Assembly (NCBI GenBank): GCA_028715175.1
Contig: JAQUSJ010000001.1
Span: 276,550 to 340,549 of the forward strand
Origin: Candidatus Daviesbacteria bacterium
GTDB taxonomy: Bacteria > Patescibacteriota > Microgenomatia > Daviesbacterales > UBA10151
Direction of reading: 5' to 3'
Length of the DNA stretch: 64,000 bases
Both the position numbers and the translations under genes were made by a program. The notes under the pieces were generated by a model. That model was not told the origin of the DNA. It did not search any database and saw nothing but the letters and a program-made list of their open reading frames with translations. Within the stretch, counting starts at the first letter, position 1; the number at the start of each line of letters is the position of its first letter. Shown here piece after piece: positions 9,069 to 17,254 of this stretch.

Positions 9069-10562
9069 ATGCCAAAAATACCAAAACCCTTTATTTTATT
9101 TCTAATTATTGTCTTGTGTATTTTCATGCGCACATGGAGGTGTGAAGATTTCTACGGATTTGGACATGATCAGGATTTGTTTGCCTGGATAGCTAAAGAT
9201 ATTGTTATAGATAAACATATAAGACTGATTGGTCAGGAAACAAGTATAAGCGGTTTATTCATCGGTCCTATATTTTACTACTTAATTTCGCTGCCGCTTT
9301 TATTTTTTAATATGGACCCCCGGGTTGCTAATGTGGTTACGGTTGCAGTGAGTTTATTTACCGCACTAAGTTTCTATTTTGTGATATCAAAATTTTTTGG
9401 CAAGACAGCGGGTTTTATAACTTCATTTCTATATTCAGTTTCTTTAGGGATGGCTTTATTCGATCGTTGGGTAGTCCCGACTCAACCGACTCTACTTTGG
9501 TCAATCTGGTACCTTTATGTTTTGTTGTCTTTTTTAAAGAACAATTTTAAGGTGCTTCCTGTTTTAGCAATCCTGGTTGGTTTTATTTGGCATATCCATA
9601 TTGCCTTTGCGCCTTTGCTCCTGCTTTTACCATTAACGATATTTTTAAAACGGAAAGCAATTAGAAAAAGTAATTTTCACTTACAGTTTAAGAATATATT
9701 GTTATCGTCAGTTATCTTTTTTCTATTAATATCGCCTTTTTTGGTTTTTGAAGTACGCCATAATTTTCAGCAAATAAGAACTCTAACTCGCGTTGCATCT
9801 GAAGAAAGAGGAGATGTAAAAGGGGCAGCAAGGGTATTAAAAATAGCAAAATCTGCCGCTGTAATTTTTACCGGCGCTTTCTGGTATGACGAGAAACAGC
9901 AAAATTTACCACAAGAGATTTTTGTTATACCCTTGTTAGCTCTGTTTTTCTTTATATTTTTAGCCAGAAAAAAAGTATTTGATAAAGAGCAAGTATCAAT
10001 AATGACAGCATGGATGGGGATTGGATTAATAGGGCAATTTATTTCCAAAAGGCAAATCAGCGAATATTATCTGATTAACTTATTGGTAACTGTCTATCTT
10101 GCTTTTGCTCTTTTTATTGCGTATCTTTATAGTTTTAAAAAATTGCGGTTGCCGATAATTTTGCTTTTACTCTTCTATGCTTCTTTTAATATATTTTCTT
10201 TATTGAAACTACCCAAATTATATGATAATTACGGTGACCGCAAGAAGCTGATTGAATATATTAAAAAGGATGTACTTGCTCATAATTATCCTTGTATTGG
10301 CGTAAATTTTATTGCTGACCCCGGAGCGGGAGTGGGCTTTAGATACCTTTTTTGGCTAAATAAAATTCCTATTATTAAACCGGTTGCCGGTATTCCAGTA
10401 TACAATATCGCTATACCCTGGATTTATGCTTCGCCAAAAGAGCTAAGTTTTAAGCAAGGATATTTTGGAGTAATTATCCCTAAACCAATTGAAGTAAAAA
10501 ATCCAGGTTTATGTAATGACGTAAAAAACCAGTTTTTGCCTTTATCCGGATTTGTAAACTAA
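9069..10562 (+). CDS. GT-C fold membrane glycosyltransferase, paralog of 5590..7083
   Basis: FGHDQD loop, RLIGQETS..GLFIGP, DRWVVPT, YPCIG, GVGFRY; ATG 9069 preferred over GTG 9039. Confidence 0.75.
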   Translation: MPKIPKPFILFLIIVLCIFMRTWRCEDFYGFGHDQDLFAWIAKDIVIDKHIRLIGQETSISGLFIGPIFYYLISLPLLFFNMDPRVANVVTVAVSLFTALSFYFVISKFFGKTAGFITSFLYSVSLGMALFDRWVVPTQPTLLWSIWYLYVLLSFLKNNFKVLPVLAILVGFIWHIHIAFAPLLLLLPLTIFLKRKAIRKSNFHLQFKNILLSSVIFFLLISPFLVFEVRHNFQQIRTLTRVASEERGDVKGAARVLKIAKSAAVIFTGAFWYDEKQQNLPQEIFVIPLLALFFFIFLARKKVFDKEQVSIMTAWMGIGLIGQFISKRQISEYYLINLLVTVYLAFALFIAYLYSFKKLRLPIILLLLFYASFNIFSLLKLPKLYDNYGDRKKLIEYIKKDVLAHNYPCIGVNFIADPGAGVGFRYLFWLNKIPIIKPVAGIPVYNIAIPWIYASPKELSFKQGYFGVIIPKPIEVKNPGLCNDVKNQFLPLSGFVN

Positions 10563-10563
10563 T

Positions 10564-12087
10564 ATGAAAAAAATAAAACCTCTCTGTTTGGTAATTACTT
10601 TACTGCTTATTTCCGGTGTCCTATACAGATTAACTTTGACCTATGGCGGGAATTTTCTTTTTAATATGGATAATGCCCGTGATATGGTTGATCTCCGGGA
10701 AATGATGGTTTTAGGTAAACTAAGACTGACAGGGCCCACTTCGGCAATTGAAGGGTTTTTTAATGGGCCTTTCTGGTATTATCTTTTGGCAATCCCTTTT
10801 AGTCTATCCGGCGGCGATCCGTATGCATCAATTCTGATGGAAATTGTCCTTTGGACAATAGGAGGATTTTTCCTTCTAAGGTTGATAAGCAGGTGGGGAA
10901 ATTGGTTAGTTTGGCCGATAGGCGCTTTGTGGATTGCCTCGGATTACATAGTACTCACTAATCTTTATGCATTTAATCCGAATCCGGTAGCATTGCTTGC
11001 TCCTTTATTTATTTATTTACTGGTTGAGTATTTGGATAAGAAAAAGACAATTTATGGAATTTACGTATGGATTCTAGCCGGGTTATTTTTTAATTTTGAG
11101 ATGAATTTTGGGATTTTTATACCGCCTATAATTTTGGCAAGCACAGTATTTACAGGTAATGCAAACTTGCTAAAACAAAAATGGTTTTGGGTAGGAGTTG
11201 CCGTGTTTGTCGCAACCTTACTACCGCAGGTAATTTTCGATTTGAAACATCAATTTATAATGAGTAAAGCACTGCTCCGGCATCTTTCGGAAAACAGTGA
11301 TATCGGTTTTAATATTGTAAAACGTCTTCAGATTATTTCAGAAAGTTTTTACAACACATTCCAGGCAACTCTCATGAATCACCAATTATTCACACGACTT
11401 ATCCTCGTATTTTTTATTCCGGTAATTTACTGGTTTCTAAAAGTAAAAAAGAAAGAAACGGTTGTTTGCGTAAGCTTTCTATTAATTTTTATTCCGTTTT
11501 TAGGTTACTTAATTTTGCCCGTTACAGTTAATCCCTGGCATCTTGGCGGGGAAATGACTGCGGCATTAATACTGGTAGGCTATTTACTAAAAAAACTTCT
11601 TATGGAAAAAAGTTTTGTAAGTAAAATCATTTCTGCTGCCCTTTTAGTTTCAATTATTTGGTTTGCGTTATTGAATATCGTTAGTTTTAACGGCTGGAGA
11701 GGGTCTAATTTTGACCCCTCGTTATATAAAAATGAAATTGCTGTTATAGATTATGTGTACAAAATAGCCAATGGAGTGAATTTTAAAGTTTACACATATC
11801 TTCCTTCAGTTTATGATTATCCGTATCAATATCTCTTTTGGTGGTATGGTCAAAAAAAATACGGATACATTCCCGGAGAATATGTTTATTCTCCCGATAA
11901 ACCGGTTTACATCCCCAGTCAGGAGAAGTTTCAGGGCTCAAAGAAAAATTTTTCCGGACTGGTATTTTTGATCAAAGAACCGGACAGGATTAAAATGAGA
12001 CAGGCTTGGGAAGGAGATTTTAAAGATATGGAATTTGTTTCAAAAGAGATGTTAGGATCAATAGAGATAGAGATTAGAAAAGAGTAG
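10564..12087 (+). CDS. GT-C fold membrane glycosyltransferase
   Basis: FNMDNARD loop, LTGPTS..GFFNGPFWYY, FNPNP; many TM helices; TAA-T-ATG coupling to upstream gene. Confidence 0.75.
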   Translation: MKKIKPLCLVITLLLISGVLYRLTLTYGGNFLFNMDNARDMVDLREMMVLGKLRLTGPTSAIEGFFNGPFWYYLLAIPFSLSGGDPYASILMEIVLWTIGGFFLLRLISRWGNWLVWPIGALWIASDYIVLTNLYAFNPNPVALLAPLFIYLLVEYLDKKKTIYGIYVWILAGLFFNFEMNFGIFIPPIILASTVFTGNANLLKQKWFWVGVAVFVATLLPQVIFDLKHQFIMSKALLRHLSENSDIGFNIVKRLQIISESFYNTFQATLMNHQLFTRLILVFFIPVIYWFLKVKKKETVVCVSFLLIFIPFLGYLILPVTVNPWHLGGEMTAALILVGYLLKKLLMEKSFVSKIISAALLVSIIWFALLNIVSFNGWRGSNFDPSLYKNEIAVIDYVYKIANGVNFKVYTYLPSVYDYPYQYLFWWYGQKKYGYIPGEYVYSPDKPVYIPSQEKFQGSKKNFSGLVFLIKEPDRIKMRQAWEGDFKDMEFVSKEMLGSIEIEIRKE

Positions 12088-12097
12088 ATTCAAAATG

Positions 12098-12111
12098 TTC
12101 ACGATCGTGAA
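12098..12111. promoter_or_regulatory. Perfect 14-bp palindrome TTCACGATCGTGAA, candidate protein-binding site
   Basis: Self-complementary, no loop, in the 45-bp gap between convergent genes. Confidence 0.45.
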
Positions 12112-12132
12112 TGAAATGATAACAGGGTTTAG

Positions 12133-12552
12133 TTATTTGATTAATATTCTTCGTTGATCGGCGTTGATGGTTTCAAAATAAATCCAGACAGTATTTTTTG
12201 GTAAAAAACTTTTAGCTTTTTCTGCCCATTCAATTAAGATGATACTGCTGGGGTCTGTTAAAATTTCATCCAGTCCCAATTGTTGTAAGTCTTCGATATT
12301 TTCTAAACGGTATAAATCAATATGGTAGAGAACTTTTGTAGTAGCCGGAATTTTGTGTTGTCGAATTAATACAAAAGTTGGGGAGATGATTTTTTCCGTA
12401 ATCCTAAGTCCTTTTGCAAAACCTTGGACGAAAATTGTTTTACCTGCTCCGAGTTCTCCTATTAAGGTAAAGATATGATTTTTGGTAGTTTTAGCAAATT
12501 TCTCTGCGATCTTTTTAGTTTCATCTTCGCCATGGGATATGTATTTTTGCAT
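12133..12552 (-). CDS. tsaE: tRNA t6A biosynthesis ATPase TsaE
   Basis: GELGAGKT Walker A, SPTFVL, YHIDLYRL, IEWAE. Confidence 0.96.
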   Translation of the reverse strand: MQKYISHGEDETKKIAEKFAKTTKNHIFTLIGELGAGKTIFVQGFAKGLRITEKIISPTFVLIRQHKIPATTKVLYHIDLYRLENIEDLQQLGLDEILTDPSSIILIEWAEKAKSFLPKNTVWIYFETINADQRRILIK

Positions 12553-13780
12553 TTTTCTTAAAGTAAATATAACCTATTGATCCGCATCCGGCAAATATCA
12601 AAGCCAATCCCAGCCAAACAATTGGGTTTATTTGTTTTTGATTTTTGACATTAACCGCTCCTTCCTCTGTGGCAGATTTTGCAGAGATAGTAGCCCCGGC
12701 AACTGATGCAATCTGATAAATTAGTTTATCAGAACTTCTTACCTGGCTTGAGGTAGTTGTTGTAGCTTTAACAGATGGCGTGGGTGAATTCGTTGTTGAG
12801 GGGAGACTATTTGATGTTGAGGTTGACGTGCTATCTTGATCACCATTTTCTGTAGAGGTAATTGTGATAGTTGATTCATTACTCCAAGTAGGGCTAGAGC
12901 CGGAAGATGTGTATCTTCCCACCTTAAAGATATAATCTCCGCTTCCTTTATAGTCAGTGTCTGAAGCATCAGGTTCGACTTCTAAAGTACCTGTCCAATT
13001 GCCGCTATCGTCAGTAGTAATCTTATATTGATTTAAATAATTAGAACTTTCATATTTAATCCAGCTGGAACCGATTTTTGTTAAACCAAAATATCTGGTG
13101 CCATCCACCCTCTTAAAAGCACCAGTCAAATAATAATCAGCATTTTTATTATTAGGTAAAGTTAGATTAACTGAAACATTAAAAGATTGGTCAGAATTTA
13201 TTTGGGAGGGGATATTGGAAATGGTGAATGAGGAAGTGGCTTGGGGAGTGGAGGAAGGTATAGGTGTTGGAGTTGGAGATGGAGTAGAGCTGGAAGTAGA
13301 TGACGGGGAAGAAGAAGGTTGCGCGATCGCTGTGATAGTTATTCCTGATGACGATTGAAAGCTAGTTCCACTTCCACATATTCCATCAGGTTTTTTTAAA
13401 CAGGCTCTTGCATAAATTATTTTTTGTCCCTCAGTAGCGTTACTTTTTATTTTACATTGGATAGAAAAACTAATAGTTGAATCGATTGCCGTAATGGTGG
13501 GCATGTCTGTCCAAGAATCTGTGTCATATAACCAGCTAGTAGTTAGTGGGTTATATGTTTGTCCTTCAAGTAGACTGGAAGATGATGCGCCTATTCTACA
13601 TTTAACAAAATATATCTCTCCTGTTTGTACGTTATTTAAGTTACTATTAGCTGAAAAAGATTGATTAATTGGAATCTCTGATTGATTAATCGTAGGAGCA
13701 TCTATACTTACGGCAGCAAAAACAGGTTTAACTCCAAAAAAGAGGAAAAGAAAAGTAAGAACTAGCGGTTTATTTCTCAC
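12521..13780 (-). CDS. Secreted, C-terminally membrane-anchored surface protein with two related beta-rich domains and Ser/Thr/Pro-rich linkers
   Basis: Signal peptide ending VFA; linker SSSPSSTSSSTPSPTPTPIPSSTP; second S/T-rich stalk; C-terminal TM helix followed by basic tail. Confidence 0.75.
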   Translation of the reverse strand: MRNKPLVLTFLFLFFGVKPVFAAVSIDAPTINQSEIPINQSFSANSNLNNVQTGEIYFVKCRIGASSSSLLEGQTYNPLTTSWLYDTDSWTDMPTITAIDSTISFSIQCKIKSNATEGQKIIYARACLKKPDGICGSGTSFQSSSGITITAIAQPSSSPSSTSSSTPSPTPTPIPSSTPQATSSFTISNIPSQINSDQSFNVSVNLTLPNNKNADYYLTGAFKRVDGTRYFGLTKIGSSWIKYESSNYLNQYKITTDDSGNWTGTLEVEPDASDTDYKGSGDYIFKVGRYTSSGSSPTWSNESTITITSTENGDQDSTSTSTSNSLPSTTNSPTPSVKATTTTSSQVRSSDKLIYQIASVAGATISAKSATEEGAVNVKNQKQINPIVWLGLALIFAGCGSIGYIYFKKNAKIHIPWRR

Positions 13781-13806
13781 TATCTAAATACTAATTCTAA
13801 ATTAAC

Positions 13807-13848
13807 AATAAAACAAATAATAAAACATAATAAAACAAAAAATAAAAC
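13807..13848. repeat. Four phased copies of AATAAAAC
   Basis: Copies start at 13807, 13819, 13829, 13841 (spacing 12, 10, 12). Confidence 0.7.
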
Positions 13849-13941
13849 GAATATTCCATAATTTCACCTAATTATCCATTTCTTAGCCATTGCCAAATTT
13901 TGGATAAAGATAGATTTAACGTTCTGCTTATTACTACTGAT

Positions 13942-15132
13942 TTAAGGGATATGCCAGTACAAAGTAACTATATCACTGTTATCATGGTCTAAAACAATGC
14001 CTTTTCCAATTGTTCCTGTTAAATAACAAGCACTGGAATCCGAGAATTCATAAGCCACTCCATCCGCAGCCGCCCTGATTGGGGTACCGGCATATTCAGC
14101 CATATCTAAACCTTTATGCTCTCCCAGGAAATATATCTCTCCAAACTTGGTGCTAATTTGTCCTGCTTGACAAGACGAACCGCATTCGCTGCCATTGTAG
14201 CTGGCTAAAGGTTTCTCGAATTGTCCGGAATCAAGATATGGTTTAGGATCAACTTTATTTTCTTTGCCGATGACGGTTTTATTTTCCACTTTTGCATTGG
14301 TCATTACTTCAAAATGCAAATGAGGCCCGGTTGAACATCCTGTGTTGCCGACATAGGCGATAACTTCGCCCTTTTTTCTGGGCCCTAAAAAGACACCTGT
14401 TCCACCTAAAGCTCGTCTGATTGATTCGGTATCTGCTTTAAGTTGAGCAATTAAAGCTTGGTATCTTACTTCGTCATTTTTTGTAACCTTAAGCAGTTCA
14501 TCCTTGTCTTTTTTTTGCTTTGCTAATTGGACTTTGTAATTTTCCAAATCCTTGTTTAACTTTTCGGCCTCGGCTTGTCTTGTTTGCTTATCTTGTTTTT
14601 GGTCGTTGTAAGCAAGTTTAGTAGCTTGCAACTCATATAATTTTTGTTTGTCATAGGCTTGTGCAGTTTGGATGTATTTTAATCTTTCAATAAGATCTGC
14701 AAACCCATGGGATGAAAAAAGAAGGTCTATTGTAGATATGGTGTTGCTGTATTTATATGTTTGGATAATACGCCGGAGCAAAACTTCCGATAATGTATCC
14801 AGTGTGATGCCAATTCTTTCGATTCTTGTTGAAAGGTCTGTAATTTCCCGCTTTAATTTTTCGATTTTAAGATTAGTTTCTTCGATCTTTAGTTCTGTAA
14901 CTTTGGTTTGGCCGTCAATAAGGGCAAGCTGAGATTTTAAAGTTTTTTCTTTAGTTCTGGTATCGGCAAGTTGAGCTTCTAATTTGGCTATTTCTGCTTG
15001 TTTGTCTTGAAGTTGCTGTGTCAGTTCATTCGAAGATTGGGCATGGATAGGGGTTAGGGTATAGGGGTTAGGGTATAGAAAAAGAAAGGCTAGGAAACTA
15101 AATGCTAAAAAAGATAGTAGTAGCTTTTTCAT
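13942..15132 (-). CDS. Coiled-coil peptidoglycan hydrolase (EnvC/PcsB-like architecture) with circularly permuted M23 peptidase domain
   Basis: Signal peptide, long coiled coil with LFSSHGFADLIERLKYI hinge, then GNTGCSTGPHLHFEV followed later by HKGLD...GTPIRAAADG...TLYWH; directly downstream of ftsX. Confidence 0.85.
   Translation of the reverse strand: MKKLLLSFLAFSFLAFLFLYPNPYTLTPIHAQSSNELTQQLQDKQAEIAKLEAQLADTRTKEKTLKSQLALIDGQTKVTELKIEETNLKIEKLKREITDLSTRIERIGITLDTLSEVLLRRIIQTYKYSNTISTIDLLFSSHGFADLIERLKYIQTAQAYDKQKLYELQATKLAYNDQKQDKQTRQAEAEKLNKDLENYKVQLAKQKKDKDELLKVTKNDEVRYQALIAQLKADTESIRRALGGTGVFLGPRKKGEVIAYVGNTGCSTGPHLHFEVMTNAKVENKTVIGKENKVDPKPYLDSGQFEKPLASYNGSECGSSCQAGQISTKFGEIYFLGEHKGLDMAEYAGTPIRAAADGVAYEFSDSSACYLTGTIGKGIVLDHDNSDIVTLYWHIP
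15048..15075. repeat. Heptamer tandem repeat (TAGGGGT TAGGGTA) x2 in the signal-peptide region
   Basis: Read directly; encodes YPNPYTLTP on the minus strand; four G-tracts on the plus strand. Confidence 0.8.
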
Positions 15133-15141
15133 CAAGGCTCA

Positions 15142-16014
15142 TTAGATTTTTAAGTATCGTCTGACAGCTGCAAATGATCCGATTGCTCCCACAACGCATG
15201 CTGCTATCAAACTTCCTCCGAGTAATGCCAACATAAATAATGGGTTAACAGGTAAAAGCTTAACTTCTCCCAGATATCCTTGCAAGAAAGGCGTAAAATA
15301 CCAAAGAAGAGTGTAACTTATAATCCAAGCTAAAATTGTTCCGGTGACGCCATAAAGCATCCCTTCAAAAATAAATGGTGTTCTAATGAAACCCGGAGAC
15401 GCTCCCACAAGACGCATAATCTCTATCTCTGTTCTTTTAATTCTTATCTTAAAACCAATAATCATAACAATAACCAAAGTTGCAAAAATCATCAAAAATC
15501 CAACAGTTGCCCCTCCGACATATCTAATGATTCGAGTAATTGAAGTTAAGGTTGCTACAACATCTTCCGGCACTATTACCTCGGATACAACAGGTTCCCT
15601 TTTTAAAATATCAGCAATTGGAGCTAGATCCTCAGGATCTTTTGTAGAAATCTCTAAACTGGCAGGTAAGATATTGGCAGTCACTAGTTCCAGGAGAGTC
15701 GGATCATTTTTATTTTTCTCGCGATAAATTTGCAAGGCCATATCTTTGGAAACAAATTTTGTATTTGTGACACGGGTTTCTTGTTTGAGGGCACTTTCTA
15801 TTGCCGTCACATCTTGATCGGTTGTTCCCTCTTTGAAGAAAGCGATTACTTGAGGTTTGCTTTCGAAATAACGCAGGGCAGCTTGTGAACCTGCTGCCAA
15901 AATTATAAATGTTTGAAGCGCCAGAAACGTTAAAAGCATCACCATAGATGCGGCAATGGCCTGAAACGGTGTACGTCTTATATTCCTTTTTGTAAATTCA
16001 ATTGCTTTGCTCAT
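15142..16014 (-). CDS. ftsX: Cell division permease FtsX
   Basis: TM1, periplasmic loop with FVSKDMAL and NILPASLEI, EIEIMRLVGASPGFIRTPFIFEG, three C-terminal TMs; follows ftsE. Confidence 0.93.
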   Translation of the reverse strand: MSKAIEFTKRNIRRTPFQAIAASMVMLLTFLALQTFIILAAGSQAALRYFESKPQVIAFFKEGTTDQDVTAIESALKQETRVTNTKFVSKDMALQIYREKNKNDPTLLELVTANILPASLEISTKDPEDLAPIADILKREPVVSEVIVPEDVVATLTSITRIIRYVGGATVGFLMIFATLVIVMIIGFKIRIKRTEIEIMRLVGASPGFIRTPFIFEGMLYGVTGTILAWIISYTLLWYFTPFLQGYLGEVKLLPVNPLFMLALLGGSLIAACVVGAIGSFAAVRRYLKI

Positions 16015-16685
16015 TCGTATCTTCCTTCCTTGCTATCTTTAACGATCTTGCCCTGTTTGATGACAACGACCCTTCTTTTTAAGGTGTTAACAATTTCCTG
16101 GTTATGGGTGGCCATCAAAATTGTGGTACCCCAGGAATTTATCTCATTTAAAAGTTGAATTACCCCCCATGCGGTTTTGTGGTCTAAATCTCCGGTTGGT
16201 TCATCTGCCAAGACTATGTCCGGTTTTCCGACTATGGCTCGTGCAATAGCAGTTCTTTGCGCCTCACCGCCTGAAAGTTGTTTGGGGAAAAGATTTCTTT
16301 TATCCCAGATCTCGACTAATTTTAATGTATGTTCTACTGCTTTCTGTATTTCTTCATCAGATTTGCCCTGTACTTCCAAAGTCAAAGCTACCTGTTCGAA
16401 AACAGTCCTATCGTCTAGTAATTTGAAATCCTGGAAAACTACTCCGACTTTTCTTCTAAATTGCGGGACATTGCTATCTTTAATTTTAGCAATATCAATG
16501 TTTCCCACCATTATTTTGCCACTTGTGGGTAAAATCTCCCGTGTGAGAATTTTTAGTAATGTAGATTTGCCGGCACCTGAGGGCCCTACTATAAATACAA
16601 ACTCACCTTGTTTGATGTCTAAAGAGACATTATCTAAGGCAAGAGCGGGACCAAATTTCTTTGAAACATTTTCGAATAAGATCAT
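16011..16685 (-). CDS. ftsE: Cell division ABC ATPase FtsE
   Basis: GPSGAGKST, VFQDFKLL, LSGGEAQR, LADEPTGDLD, MATHN; ATGA overlap with ftsX. Confidence 0.95.
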   Translation of the reverse strand: MILFENVSKKFGPALALDNVSLDIKQGEFVFIVGPSGAGKSTLLKILTREILPTSGKIMVGNIDIAKIKDSNVPQFRRKVGVVFQDFKLLDDRTVFEQVALTLEVQGKSDEEIQKAVEHTLKLVEIWDKRNLFPKQLSGGEAQRTAIARAIVGKPDIVLADEPTGDLDHKTAWGVIQLLNEINSWGTTILMATHNQEIVNTLKRRVVVIKQGKIVKDSKEGRYE

Positions 16686-16690
16686 AGCTA

Positions 16691-16760
16691 TCAGTAGTCA
16701 GACGTCAGTCGTCAGACAATTGCAATTTAAGTCTGAAAGCTGAAAGCTTAAGGCTGTGAC
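16691..16760. repeat. Opposed heptamer arrays upstream of ftsE
   Basis: TCAGTAG TCAGACG TCAGTCG TCAGACA, spacer, then CTGAAAG CTGAAAG CTTAAGG CTGTGAC. Confidence 0.7.
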
Positions 16761-16762
16761 GA

Positions 16763-17206
16763 CTACTTTATTTCTTCAACCTTACCGACATCCATTAACC
16801 AGCCTTCTTTAAGAGCCTTTTGGGTTTCACCGAAGACTTTCACTTTTTTGCCTTCATATTGGGAAAGATCAACAACAGATGAGGTAAGAGCTACAGGGAC
16901 CGCACTTTCTCTTATGAGCATGTGCGTTCCTTCTGTATATTCTCCTTTTGTGGGGAGAGGTTTGACTTTAATTATTCCTTCGGCGAAATCTTTAAAAGTT
17001 CTCGTATCTTGTTGGGCAGATTTTGGAGTTCCTACCGAAAGAGCAGATGGTTTTAAACTGCCGCCGCTTTTAGTTGACATAATATAACCGGTGAGAGTGC
17101 CAAGTATTAGTGCGGTGATAACTACACCTAAGATAAGACGGGTGGGATTTTCTGTGTCGGAGATTGGTTTGGCGATATGTTCTTGAAATTTTGTTTTAAG
17201 ATCCAT
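16763..17206 (-). CDS. Single-pass membrane protein of unknown function (possible OB-fold-like C-terminal domain)
   Basis: One TM helix, then beta-rich domain ending VDLSQYEGKKVKVFG...LMDVGKVE; own promoter TAGACA-17-TAAGAT. Confidence 0.7.
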   Translation of the reverse strand: MDLKTKFQEHIAKPISDTENPTRLILGVVITALILGTLTGYIMSTKSGGSLKPSALSVGTPKSAQQDTRTFKDFAEGIIKVKPLPTKGEYTEGTHMLIRESAVPVALTSSVVDLSQYEGKKVKVFGETQKALKEGWLMDVGKVEEIK

Positions 17207-17213
17207 ATAGTCT

Positions 17214-17242
17214 ATCTTAACTATAAATTGACTATTTGTCTA
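17214..17242 (-). promoter_or_regulatory. Leaderless-type sigma70 promoter for the 17206-ftsEX unit
   Basis: Minus strand TAGACA-N17-TAAGAT-N7-ATG. Confidence 0.6.
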
Positions 17243-17254
17243 CCCCGAATTTAT

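Noticed and set aside
13781-13941. Possible replication origin: AT-rich repeats plus TTATCCA (13872) and TGGATAA (13901)
   Set aside because: Only two imperfect DnaA-box-like matches, no dnaA/dnaN nearby; more simply an inverted repeat
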